Positions 53,312 to 64,000 of a stretch of 64,000 bases of DNA are shown piece after piece. The notes under the pieces were generated by a model. It was not told the DNA's origin, did no database searches, and saw only the letters and a list, made by a program, of their open reading frames with translations. Both the position numbers and the translations under genes were made by a program. How positions within the stretch are numbered: the first letter of the stretch is position 1; each line of letters starts with the position of its first letter. The stretch comes from Candidatus Poribacteria bacterium (GTDB lineage Bacteria; Poribacteria; WGA-4E; WGA-3G). Location of the stretch: NCBI GenBank assembly GCA_965242965.1, contig OZ251518.1, positions 1,224,691 to 1,288,690 of the forward strand. The letters are read 5' to 3'.

Positions 53312-54694
53312 ATGAGCAACAAAGTGCTAATTATCGGTTGGGATTGCGCCGCGCCCGAACTTGTCTTTGACGCATTCAGAGACGACATGCCCAACACACG
53401 CCGGTTAATGGAGGAAGGCATCTACGGAAACCTAGAAAGCACCATCCCGCCTATCACCGTCCCAGCATGGATGTGCATGATGACAGGCAGAGACCCGGGT
53501 GAACTCGGCATCTACGGCTTTCGCAACCGAAAAGACTATTCCTACGATAACCTCTACATCGTTAATTCTCATGCTGTCACCGTGCCGACGTTGTGGGACA
53601 TCGTCGGGACTCACGGGAAAAAGTCTGTCGTCTTAGGCGTGCCGCTAACCTATCCGCCGAAGCCGTTTCCGGGGTGGATGGTGAGCAGTTTCCTCACGCC
53701 GAGTCTCAATTCGCAGTGGTGCTTTCCGCCGCGGCTCAAACGCGAGATCGCGCAAGTTGCCAGCGATTACCTCATCGATGTCCCCAATTTCCGGACAGAA
53801 CGACGCGCTGAATTAGAACGAGAGCTGTTTCAAATGACGGAGGCGCGTTTCAAACTCGCGCGACACTTACTTAAGACGAAAGCCTGGGAGTTATTCGTGA
53901 TGGTGGAAATGGGCGCAGACCGGCTCCACCACGCCTTCTGGCGATTTTGGGACGCATCGCACCGAAAGCACGAACCGGACTCCCCCTTTTCAGATATGAT
54001 GCGCCGCTATTATGCTACGCTTGATACCGAATTAGGCAGGCTGTTAGAACTTGTTGACGAAAACACCACCGTCCTCATCGTATCTGACCACGGTGCCAAG
54101 CGGATGGACGGCGGTATCTGTATCAACGAATGGCTGCAGCAACACGGATACCTGACGTTGAAAACGCGCCCGCGGGAAATCACGCCTTTTTCTCCCGATT
54201 TAGTAGATTGGCATCGCACACAGGCGTGGGGTGAAGGCGGCTATTACGGACGCATCTTCCTAAATGTGAAAGGCAGGGAGCCGCTCGGCACGATTCTCCC
54301 CCAAGATTACGAGAAGGTCCGCGATGAATTGAAGGCACGGCTAGAAGCAATTGTTGATGAAACCGGTGGCAACATCGGCACGCGCGTCTTTAAACCGGAA
54401 GAAATTTACCGCGAATGCCGCAACATCGCGCCAGACCTGGGTGTCTATTTCGGCAATCTCTATTGGCGTTCAGTGGGTAGCATCGGCTACAACAGCATCT
54501 ACACCTATGAAAATGACACTGGCCCGGACGATTGTAACCATGCACAGATGGGCATTTTCGTGCTGAAATCTCCGCGATGCCAGGATACCGGGCTCGTGTC
54601 GGCTAGGCACTTATATGACGTTGCGCCGACAGTATTACAAGAATTCGGAATTGCGCGCCTGCCAGAAATGCGCGGGCAACCGATTTCTTCGTAG
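53312..54694 (+). CDS. alkaline-phosphatase-superfamily enzyme (type I phosphodiesterase / nucleotide pyrophosphatase-like)
   Basis: VLIIGWDCAAPE, TIPPITVPAWMCMMTG and LIVSDHGA. Confidence 0.7.
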   Translation: MSNKVLIIGWDCAAPELVFDAFRDDMPNTRRLMEEGIYGNLESTIPPITVPAWMCMMTGRDPGELGIYGFRNRKDYSYDNLYIVNSHAVTVPTLWDIVGTHGKKSVVLGVPLTYPPKPFPGWMVSSFLTPSLNSQWCFPPRLKREIAQVASDYLIDVPNFRTERRAELERELFQMTEARFKLARHLLKTKAWELFVMVEMGADRLHHAFWRFWDASHRKHEPDSPFSDMMRRYYATLDTELGRLLELVDENTTVLIVSDHGAKRMDGGICINEWLQQHGYLTLKTRPREITPFSPDLVDWHRTQAWGEGGYYGRIFLNVKGREPLGTILPQDYEKVRDELKARLEAIVDETGGNIGTRVFKPEEIYRECRNIAPDLGVYFGNLYWRSVGSIGYNSIYTYENDTGPDDCNHAQMGIFVLKSPRCQDTGLVSARHLYDVAPTVLQEFGIARLPEMRGQPISS

Positions 54695-54700
54695 TTAAGT

Positions 54701-55089
54701 GAGGGTGTTTCATAAATCCCCGCCGGTCTCGATTTTCCCGTAGCGCGGGGGCCTGTCCCCCGCGAGCGTTGGAGTGCGCGTGCACGCACGATGGCGAGGG
54801 CCTGTCCCTCGCCCTACGGTGAGGGATGGCGTTTTTTATCGTATTGCGGGGCCTGTCCCCCGCGAGATCCATCGTCACGATGTGTGTTTCCGCCGCTGTA
54901 GTTTGTGCTCGCCTGATCACAAACGGGTCAGGATCAGGCGATCCTGAACTACAGGGGGGATGCGGTCTGACAGCCAGACGCATGGCGAGGGACAGGTTTT
55001 CCCACCGCCCTACGTGATGGGTAGGCGTTTTTTTCACTGCAGCGCGTGGGCCCGGCACCGCGACGTTGCGCGATTTATGAAACACCCTC
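54701..55089. mobile_element. MITE-like element with 18-bp TIRs and an 8-bp target duplication (one mismatch)
   Basis: gagggtgtttcataaatc (54701-54718) and gatttatgaaacaccctc (55072-55089). Flanks are agttaagt and agataagt. The left flank overlaps the stop codon of the preceding gene. Confidence 0.75.
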
Positions 55090-55530
55090 AGATAAGTGCG
55101 CCCCTCGCGAACGTAGGGCGAGGGCCTGTCCCTCGCCATGCCTCGGTTGTCCCAGAAAATGGCATCCTTGGATCGGCGACATGTTTCGCTTGGTTGAGCG
55201 ATCGCGGGGGACAGGCCCCCGCGCTACGGGCCAAGTTGCATCTCTGCTCGGGTCTGGATTTGAGATAAGGGCACCGCTCGCGAACGTAGGGCGAGGGCCT
55301 GTCCCTCGCCATGCCTCGGTTGTCACAGAAAACGGCTTGAGTCTATCGGGCCTCGGGCATTTTTCGTTGGCTTGAGGATCGCGGGGGACAGGCCCCCGCG
55401 CTACGGTGCATGTGAGGTTTGCGTTTCAACAGGCATCGCGGGGGAAACCCGCTCGGATGCGCGGATGGCATCCGAGGGCCCCCGCGCTACGGTGACGGTG
55501 AGGTTTGCTCGCGGGGGATAGGCCCTGGTG
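55090..55530. repeat. REP hairpin cluster
   Basis: Repeated gtagggcgagggcctgtccctcgccatgcctcggttgtc and gatcgcgggggacaggcccccgcgctacgg units. Confidence 0.85.
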
Positions 55531-55536
55531 CTACAA

Positions 55537-56454
55537 TCAGACAGATGACGTAACCGCTTTCACAATCGCCTCCGCAACCACTTCCGCCGCAAGAATACCT
55601 ACCGTGTTGACATCGCTTGGATGCGTGCCGATGGAGAGCGCGAAGAGCGTATCTCCATCAAACATTGTATGTGCCGGCCGAATGGCACGCGCGAGACCAT
55701 CGTGCCCCATCTCTGCCACTTTCGTCGCTTCCGCAGGCGAGAGGACAGCGTTTGTCGCAATCACGCCAATCGTGGTGTTTGTTCCCGCGAAAAGTTCTGC
55801 CCCCAATAATCGTTCGGTAATATCCACGAATGCGCCGTTTTCCTTCGCGCCTGCCACAATCTCCCCGGTCTTCGGATGCACGACGTTACCGAGGGCATTC
55901 ACCACTACAATCGCACCGACAAGGAGCCCATCGGGAAGTTGCCGACACGCTGAACCGACACCACCGGGAGATGCCTCTACATTGGGTGCCTTGCCAACGG
56001 TGGCACCTGTGCCTGCACCGACAAGTCCCATCGGCACAGATTCGCCTGAGGCATTAAGGCAAGACTGATAACCCATTTGTTTGTCGGGACGCGCCTTCGC
56101 ATCGCCTACCCCTAAATCGAAAATGACGGCGGCAGGGACGATTGGAACACGCACGGACCCGGCCGGAAAACCGACGTTTCGTTCCTCAAGATATTGGACA
56201 ACACCGCCCGCGGCATCTAATCCAAAGGCACTGCCGCCGGTCAGCAAGACAGCGTGAACTTTTTGGACGAGGCGGCCAGGGCGAATCGCCTCCGTCTCTC
56301 GCGTACCAGGGGCGGCACCGCGCACGTCAACGCCTGCTGTCGCGCCTTCTTCGCAGAGGATGACGGTGCAACCTGTTCTGGCAGTGGGGTTGGTGGCGTG
56401 GCCGACTGTGATGCCGTCGAGCGTGGTAAGGGTGTGATTCGTCGAAAATATCAT
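55537..56454 (-). CDS. DmpA/S58 (P1) family aminopeptidase
   Basis: LDGITVGHATNPTARTGCTVIL, GVDVRGAAPGTRETE and TNTTIGVIATNA. Confidence 0.8.
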   Translation of the reverse strand: MIFSTNHTLTTLDGITVGHATNPTARTGCTVILCEEGATAGVDVRGAAPGTRETEAIRPGRLVQKVHAVLLTGGSAFGLDAAGGVVQYLEERNVGFPAGSVRVPIVPAAVIFDLGVGDAKARPDKQMGYQSCLNASGESVPMGLVGAGTGATVGKAPNVEASPGGVGSACRQLPDGLLVGAIVVVNALGNVVHPKTGEIVAGAKENGAFVDITERLLGAELFAGTNTTIGVIATNAVLSPAEATKVAEMGHDGLARAIRPAHTMFDGDTLFALSIGTHPSDVNTVGILAAEVVAEAIVKAVTSSV

Positions 56455-56464
56455 GAGAATGGTG

Positions 56465-56600
56465 ATATTGCATTGAGACGCGGGAGGTCTCTCCTACTGC
56501 GCCTTCTGGGTAGGAGGGACATCCTTGTCCCGATTACGGTATTATTGCATCGAGACCAGGAGGTCTCGTCTACAGGAAGATGTCAAGCCCGGGAGGACGC
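56465..56600. repeat. REP hairpins (GAGACC and GGGACA types)
   Basis: attgagacgcgggaggtctctcctac, ggtaggagggacatccttgtcccgat and atcgagaccaggaggtctcg. Confidence 0.8.
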
Positions 56601-56608
56601 TCCTATAT

Positions 56609-58903
<2,295 letters not shown>

Positions 58904-58927
58904 GTTTTATCCTTGTTCAATAGGTTT

Positions 58928-59788
58928 TCATTCGGATTCGGGAACGGGTAGGACGTGGCGTTCAACTTCGTGGACTTTGTCGGGGAAAGTCTCGCCGCGA
59001 ATCCACATGACAGGCTGTCCTCTACCCTTGCCCGATGCGGGATGTGCCCATTCCGCATGGGCACTGAGATAGTGTGAGACATAGCTGCGGCGAAACCGCA
59101 GGCTGTGGTTGTCCATGCTCTTATGCAGGAGGTGGCTGTGGAACCAGATGACTGCGCCGGGCTGCACTTCTACTGCAACCCCGTCTTCGTCGCGGACTCC
59201 GCGTGCCAGCTTGAACTCATTTTGTTGTGAACCGCCGATGTCATCGTGTTGAAAAATATCCCATTTGTGGCTGCCGGGAATAACATAGAGACAGCCGTTC
59301 TCCCTGTCTGCCGCGTCAATCGCAGTCCATGTCCCGACAGTCGTCTCTGTCTTAAACCGACTGCGGAAGTAGAACTTGTCTTGATGCCACGGGAAGCCGA
59401 GGCCAATCTTGGGTGCCTTCCAGATGAACAGATTGTTGATGCCGAGGATATCGGGACAGAGTAGATCTACGAGCGGGTCCGTTAACCTCGGGTCTCGCAC
59501 CCGCGCAAGGAATTCTGGGCAGTAACAACTCGGATGATGAATCTTGTGCATCGCATAGATGCCTGACTCTGCCGCTTTCCCGTCTCTGACAAGTGCGTTC
59601 TGATCGATATGCGCGGACGGAAACGGACGTTTGCCATCGACAATGGCTTCTGCGACTTGACGAAGTGCATCGTTTTCTGCAGCCGTGAATACATCCAAGC
59701 GAACGAGGTAACCGTTCTCGTTCCACTGTGAAAGTTCGTCTGGGCTCAACGCAAACTGCCTGGTCTGCGGCGTTGATTTTGTGTGCAT
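58928..59788 (-). CDS. phytanoyl-CoA dioxygenase (PhyH) family protein
   Basis: GYLVRLDVFT, PWHQDKFY (HxD) and WFHSHLLHKS. Confidence 0.75.
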   Translation of the reverse strand: MHTKSTPQTRQFALSPDELSQWNENGYLVRLDVFTAAENDALRQVAEAIVDGKRPFPSAHIDQNALVRDGKAAESGIYAMHKIHHPSCYCPEFLARVRDPRLTDPLVDLLCPDILGINNLFIWKAPKIGLGFPWHQDKFYFRSRFKTETTVGTWTAIDAADRENGCLYVIPGSHKWDIFQHDDIGGSQQNEFKLARGVRDEDGVAVEVQPGAVIWFHSHLLHKSMDNHSLRFRRSYVSHYLSAHAEWAHPASGKGRGQPVMWIRGETFPDKVHEVERHVLPVPESE

Positions 59789-59934
59789 TTTTGTCTCCTG
59801 GTCTCCTGAATTTTTCCGGTAGGCACGGTGGTTTGCCTTAAAGGCTGTGTAATTCGTATTCTATACCAGATCAAGATTAATGTCAATTCTTTTTCGTCGT
59901 CTCGCGCCGTGTCCTTCGCAGCGAAATTCGTGCC

Positions 59935-60645
59935 TTATACCCTCCATGTCTCTGTATACGTTTTCACGCCGATCATCAAATATGCGATGACCTGGGAGAC
60001 CAGGGGGATGAGGAACATGCCAATTCCCAAGTTGAACGCGATTCCTTGCAATGCGGGGGGAGTCGCCAAGGCGACAACCAGAATCACTAAGGGCAGCAGG
60101 GATACCCCGGCTACCGTGCGGAAAATCCATTTGCGTTTATCGGTAAATTTGGAGATGCCCCAGGCCAGAGCTGCCAACCCTAGGGACATCACAAACACTG
60201 ATGCCACTAGTATTACTCCAATGATGTCCAGATTCTCATCGGGAATGTCTATCCACCGAGCATAGGGAATGAGACTGATTAGTCCCGGTCCCAGGGGGGC
60301 GAGGATTATGCCCATCACCAACGCGACAGTACCAAAACAGGCGGCGGTGTCGGCAACGATGGCACCGTTCAGCACGCGGTTCAAATACACCAACCCAACC
60401 AACAGCAGAAGCCACCCCAGAGCACTCCCCGGGACGGTTATGAGGGAAAAGGCCTCAAAAATGTCGTATAGGTTAGGCAACGTGAGGAGACTCCACCACA
60501 ACCCCGAGCCTACTGTCCAGAGGATTCCTCCCACTAGAATGCATAGTCCGACGATTTTGTTCGCTGTAAGAGGGTTCATTTCTGGAGTGATTTTGGATTT
60601 CTCTTTTCGCTCCATCACCATCGCCTCTGCATGCTCTTTTTTCAT
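59935..60645 (-). CDS. multi-pass membrane protein, function unknown
   Basis: Start set at MKKEHAE (60645, GGAGA Shine-Dalgarno), because upstream codons are MITE/REP sequence. About six hydrophobic segments. Confidence 0.55.
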   Translation of the reverse strand: MKKEHAEAMVMERKEKSKITPEMNPLTANKIVGLCILVGGILWTVGSGLWWSLLTLPNLYDIFEAFSLITVPGSALGWLLLLVGLVYLNRVLNGAIVADTAACFGTVALVMGIILAPLGPGLISLIPYARWIDIPDENLDIIGVILVASVFVMSLGLAALAWGISKFTDKRKWIFRTVAGVSLLPLVILVVALATPPALQGIAFNLGIGMFLIPLVSQVIAYLMIGVKTYTETWRV

Positions 60646-60659
60646 GAAAATTCTCCGTG

Positions 60660-60950
60660 TTAGATGAGGGTGTTTCATAATTCTAGAAACCGTCCGGTTA
60701 CCGTAGCGCGGGGGCCTGTCCCCCGCGAACGTCCCGGTAGGAGAGACTTCCCGGTCTTGATGCAACATTAAGGTCCTACGGACCTGGATAGGGTGCAGCA
60801 CGTTTTTCTATAGACATTTAGGTCCTACGGACCTAGAAGAGGTTTTTGATAGACCGCAGCATGGCGAGGGACAGGCCCTCGCCCTACGGTGAAAGGGGGA
60901 CGTTTCTCCTACCGTAGCGCGGGGGCCTGTCCCCCGCGCTCTCGCCCGCG
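60660..60950. repeat. REP block with a TIR-like gagggtgtttcataa head
   Basis: gtagcgcgggggcctgtcccccgcga, ggtaggagagacttcccggtcttgat, aggtcctacggacct hairpins and tctatagacat. Confidence 0.8.
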
Positions 60951-60952
60951 CC

Positions 60953-61939
60953 CTACGCGCCGTTTTGTGCCTGCGCGATATCCCGATACCGCCGCACTTC
61001 CACATCATCCGGCCTGCGTCGCAGCGTCTCCTCGTAATCCTGCAACGCGGCTCCATACCGTTGCATCGCGAAGTTTGCATGCGCGCGACCGAGGTATGCA
61101 TCGACATCATCCGAGTTTCGTGCGAGGGCTGCATCGTAATCGCGAACAGCAGCGGTGTAGTGCTGCAGGTGAAAGTGCGTCACGGCACGATTGAAATAGC
61201 CTTCACCGCGTTCGGGTTTCAGGCGGATAGCCGCGTCATAGTCCTGAAGCGCGGCGGTGTAGTCGCCGAGGGCATAGTAGAGGCTGCCCCGGTTGCAATG
61301 CGCCGCGGCGTAATCGGGTTTCAGGCGGATGGCGACATCGTAAGCGGCGATGGCGTTCTCGGCTTTTCCGATGTCCGTGAGGAGGGTGCCGAGGGAGAAA
61401 AAGGCATCGATGGCGATTTCTTCTTCCGTGGGGACATGGATGTCCTTATTTTTTTCATCCAACCGTGCGATGGCTGCTTCTATCTCGGGGTCTTCCTCAT
61501 GTTCCAATTCTAGGAGTTCCGGGAACAACTCTTCCATAGTTGGAACATTCTTTTCCTCATAGCGTATCATGAAACTTCCGACACATCCTTCTATAGGGGA
61601 AAAAGGATTGCCGAAATTGTCACCAACGGCCCACATGAGTTCCTCAATCATTGTAGAGAGTCGTTCGTATTCGTCCGCTGTCACTTCGGGATGGCGCAGA
61701 CTGTTGTTCCGATTGGCGAGTTCGGTTAATAACTCTTGGATGCCGACGAGCCACGCGACGTAACTTTCCGCAGGTGCTACCTCTTCATCTGCGCGCTTCT
61801 TTTCCGGTAAGCACTCGCGTTCAAGCGGTGTCTGCGGTGCATGCCGCGGGATGAGCGGCTCTGGCAGACTCATGCGGATGGCCACAGGGAGCACCGGCAC
61901 GGGGAATGCAGTGGGCATCGCTTGTGTAGGCGTTAACAT
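60953..61939 (-). CDS. TPR-repeat protein with a HigA-N-terminal-like region but no recognisable HTH; candidate atypical partner of the HigB-like toxin
   Basis: Starts 6 nt after the toxin stop, with AAGGAGGAGG upstream. EYERLSTMIEEL...SFMIRYEEKNVP resembles the N-terminus of COG5499-type antitoxins (from memory). The C-terminal ~170 aa are TPRs (AYDVAIRLKPDYAAAHCNRGSLYYALGDY...). Confidence 0.65.
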   Translation of the reverse strand: MLTPTQAMPTAFPVPVLPVAIRMSLPEPLIPRHAPQTPLERECLPEKKRADEEVAPAESYVAWLVGIQELLTELANRNNSLRHPEVTADEYERLSTMIEELMWAVGDNFGNPFSPIEGCVGSFMIRYEEKNVPTMEELFPELLELEHEEDPEIEAAIARLDEKNKDIHVPTEEEIAIDAFFSLGTLLTDIGKAENAIAAYDVAIRLKPDYAAAHCNRGSLYYALGDYTAALQDYDAAIRLKPERGEGYFNRAVTHFHLQHYTAAVRDYDAALARNSDDVDAYLGRAHANFAMQRYGAALQDYEETLRRRPDDVEVRRYRDIAQAQNGA

Positions 61940-61945
61940 TGGGTT

Positions 61946-62287
61946 TTACCTCCTCCTTAACCACGCGGTATACTCGGCGTGCGTCAGCACGAGATGGATC
62001 CTCACCAACTGCAGTTCATATTGAATCTTTGCAATCAGGCGGGTTTTGTTACCGCCGATGTTGAAGACAGTGTAGTTGACTTCTTCCTTGACACGGCGGT
62101 TCTGGGGAGCAGAATAAACGAAATTTACTCTTTTCGCCAGATCGGCGTGTGGAAACACCTCGCGCACCTGATTCAGGGACCAGAAACTATTTTGCGTTAC
62201 CAAATCACGCCAGCGATAAAGTCCCGGCTTGCTGTTTGGATGTCTTTGGGCAAAATTGTTGAGTTTTTCTAGAGAAATAATCTGCAT
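61946..62287 (-). CDS. higB: HigB-like (PF09907-type, RelE-fold) toxin
   Basis: MQIISLEKLNNFAQRHPNSK...FNIGGNKTRLIAKIQYELQLVRIHLVLTHAEY matches the HigB_toxin family pattern (FNIxGNKYRLI...THxEYD). Confidence 0.75.
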   Translation of the reverse strand: MQIISLEKLNNFAQRHPNSKPGLYRWRDLVTQNSFWSLNQVREVFPHADLAKRVNFVYSAPQNRRVKEEVNYTVFNIGGNKTRLIAKIQYELQLVRIHLVLTHAEYTAWLRRR

Positions 62288-62526
62288 CGGAAAACCAGTC
62301 CTATTCAAAACGGCGCGCGACGGTTTAGCCGGCGATGCCCACTCTCGACACGACAGCAGGCACTTAACACCGGCACTTCAGTTAGGATACCACATCAAGA
62401 ATTAATTTGCAAATGAAAAAATCACTTGACTTCAAACACACGGCATGACATAATAAAAATGACCTGGGATTTCCGCGACACGGTGTCTCGGAAACCACCA
62501 TCAATAACAAAAGGAGATTTGTAAAA

Positions 62527-63342
62527 ATGAGAAAAAACTGGGCGATTCTGCCTATTTTCGCACTGATGACATTAGGTTTCAGCCTCCTCCCACTCCAAGG
62601 TTTCACCGAAATCGACAGCGCAACCGCTGTCGCTGTCTGGCTCTTCGACGACGGCAATGTCAGCGACTCCAGCGGTAATGGGAATGACGGTGAACTTGTG
62701 AACGGTGCCGAAATTGCTGATGGCGGCAAGTGGGGAAAGGCTCTCAGCCTTGATGGCGATGATGACTACGTCAAAGTTGCCACTTCGGCTAGCCTCGACA
62801 GCGCGAACGAGGAATACACCGGCGTTGCTTGGGTGAAGATCCAACGTAAAGGCGATCCGCACGGTTCTTGCTGTGCCGATGACCACATGATTATCGCCTA
62901 TGCCGCGGGCTGGAAGAATATTTTGAACGTCTTCGGCCCCGGCAGAAGCGGTAACCAAGGGAAGGTTGAAGTCGGCAGCGGCGGCCTCGCACCGAGTTGG
63001 CTCTTCGGCGATGAAACCGTCAATGATGATACCTGGCACCATCTCGCCTTCACTTATGATGGCGCGAAGAAAATTGTCTACATTGATGGCGAAGTTGACA
63101 AGGAGCAGGATACTACCGGCACCTTTGACGCACTCGGGCTGGAAGTTAACCTGGGCGGCACGCCTGACCAGAGATGGGCACTCGGGCTGATAGACGAAAT
63201 CGGCATGTTTAATGTCCCACTGGAACAAGCCGATATCCAACTGCTGATGAACGATGGACTCGGCTCCGTGCTGGGACTAACGCCTGTCTCGCCGCAAGGA
63301 CGGCTGACAACGGCATGGGCGACGATTAAGCAGGCGCGGTAG
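62527..63342 (+). CDS. exported LamG / concanavalin-A-like lectin domain protein
   Basis: Signal peptide. WLFDDGNVSDSSGNGNDGELVNGAEI, ALSLDGDDDYVKV, WHHLAFTYDG, YIDGE and GLIDEIGMFN. Confidence 0.8.
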   Translation: MRKNWAILPIFALMTLGFSLLPLQGFTEIDSATAVAVWLFDDGNVSDSSGNGNDGELVNGAEIADGGKWGKALSLDGDDDYVKVATSASLDSANEEYTGVAWVKIQRKGDPHGSCCADDHMIIAYAAGWKNILNVFGPGRSGNQGKVEVGSGGLAPSWLFGDETVNDDTWHHLAFTYDGAKKIVYIDGEVDKEQDTTGTFDALGLEVNLGGTPDQRWALGLIDEIGMFNVPLEQADIQLLMNDGLGSVLGLTPVSPQGRLTTAWATIKQAR

Positions 63343-63359
63343 GTTACGTTTCGGGTTCG

Positions 63360-63389
63360 CGGGCGGAGGCGACTGGCTCCGCCCGTTTT
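63360..63389 (+). terminator. rho-independent terminator candidate after the LamG gene
   Basis: cgggcggag-gcgactgg-ctccgcccg followed by tttt. Confidence 0.55.
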
Positions 63390-63409
63390 CCTAACGGTGC
63401 ATCGATACG

Positions 63410-63550
63410 CGGGTATTGCATCGAGACCAGGAGGTCTCTCCTACCTCCCCTCTCTGTAGTTTGCGATCGCCTAATCGCAAATAGAGGGGTGCATCGAGAC
63501 CGGGAGGTCTCTCCTACGGTATTGCATCAAGACCGGGAGGTCTCTCCTAC
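63410..63550. repeat. REP hairpins (three GAGACC type plus gtagtttgcgatcgcctaatcgcaaa)
   Basis: atcgagacc(a/g)ggaggtctctcctac units read directly. Confidence 0.85.
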
Positions 63551-63554
63551 TGTA

Positions 63555-64000
63555 ATGAAATTTTTCATCAATTCCCTCACGTTACTCTTATGCATCTATG
63601 CGGGCATCGCGTTTGCATCGCCAGCGGCGCGGTTGTATGATGCCGGGCTGCGCGCGCTATCCCACGGCGAACAAGAAAAAGCCAAAATCGCGCTAGAAAA
63701 CGCTGTCGCACGGGATGTCTCGTTAGCGGACGCACACTGCGTGCTCGGATTAATTTATAGGGGCGCGGCGGAATTCCACGCCGTAGCCGAGGCGTTCCGA
63801 TGCGCTATCATCGCCGATGCCGACTACATCGAGGCATACTGCGAACTCGGCGATGTGCTGTTGATTCGGCTGGGACAAACCGATGGTGCCATTCGCGCGC
63901 TGCAGAAAGCGGTGGCATTAGATGAAGCGCATGCTCGCGCGCGAACGTTATTAGGCATCGCCTATTTTCGTGAAAACGAGACAGCCGCTGCGCTTCGCGA
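63555..64000 (+). CDS. exported TPR-repeat protein (partial, runs off the window)
   Basis: Hand translation: MKFFINSLTLLLCIYAGIAFA signal, then TPR-like AHCVLGLIYRGAAEFHAVAEAFRCAIIADADY and AYCELGDVLLIRLGQTDGAIRALQKAVALD. No stop before the window end. Confidence 0.6.
   Translation, partial: MKFFINSLTLLLCIYAGIAFASPAARLYDAGLRALSHGEQEKAKIALENAVARDVSLADAHCVLGLIYRGAAEFHAVAEAFRCAIIADADYIEAYCELGDVLLIRLGQTDGAIRALQKAVALDEAHARARTLLGIAYFRENETAAALR

Overview
64-kb bacterial chromosomal window, mid GC by eye. I recognised no rRNA, tRNA or CRISPR array, and the lineage cannot be determined from the sequence alone. Two things dominate.

(1) Nearly every intergenic gap is filled with GC-rich hairpin repeats. 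Each hairpin is headed by the tetranucleotide GTAG (CTAC on the other strand), which is the architecture of REP/REPIN elements. There are at least five stem families, and they differ by compensatory base changes. Some hairpins are packaged into 275-390-bp MITE-like units with 18-bp terminal inverted repeats (GAGGGTGTTTCATAAATC) and 8-9-bp target-site duplications. By my coordinates these repeats cover roughly 8-9 kb of the window. No transposase or RAYT gene is present. Many ORFs in the six-frame track are artefacts of these repeats (recurring peptides such as [25 protein letters not shown]).

(2) The centre of the window (16.8-36.3 kb) is an array of 13 same-strand genes for exported proteins with shuffled domains. 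Eight carry a caspase-like His-Cys domain, and two of those have lost dyad residues. Six carry a C-terminal FGE/SUMF1-fold domain that lacks the catalytic cysteine pair. Three carry DUF4384-like domains and three carry PEGA-like domains. Four share an uncharacterised ~115-aa C-terminal module ending in VR[FV]PI[AP]V. The array follows four tandem near-consensus sigma70 promoters and a ~690-nt leader with no convincing ORF that contains an 11-C tract. It also shows clear gene-conversion mosaics. This is my candidate for an undescribed envelope-located system.

The flanks carry ordinary genes:
- tatA, uppS, rsgA
- glnS-gltX (ATGA-coupled)
- a GlmM-like mutase and a YvcK-like protein
- M48, S58 and trypsin-like peptidases
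- vWA, OmpA-type and DUF4159-like envelope proteins
- two PhyH dioxygenases
- a Cys-type sulfatase and an alkaline-phosphatase-family enzyme
- a DegT aminotransferase
- a DUF255 thioredoxin-domain protein
- a HigB-like toxin with an atypical TPR partner
- a LamG protein

All family assignments rest on motifs read by eye and need HMM or structure confirmation.
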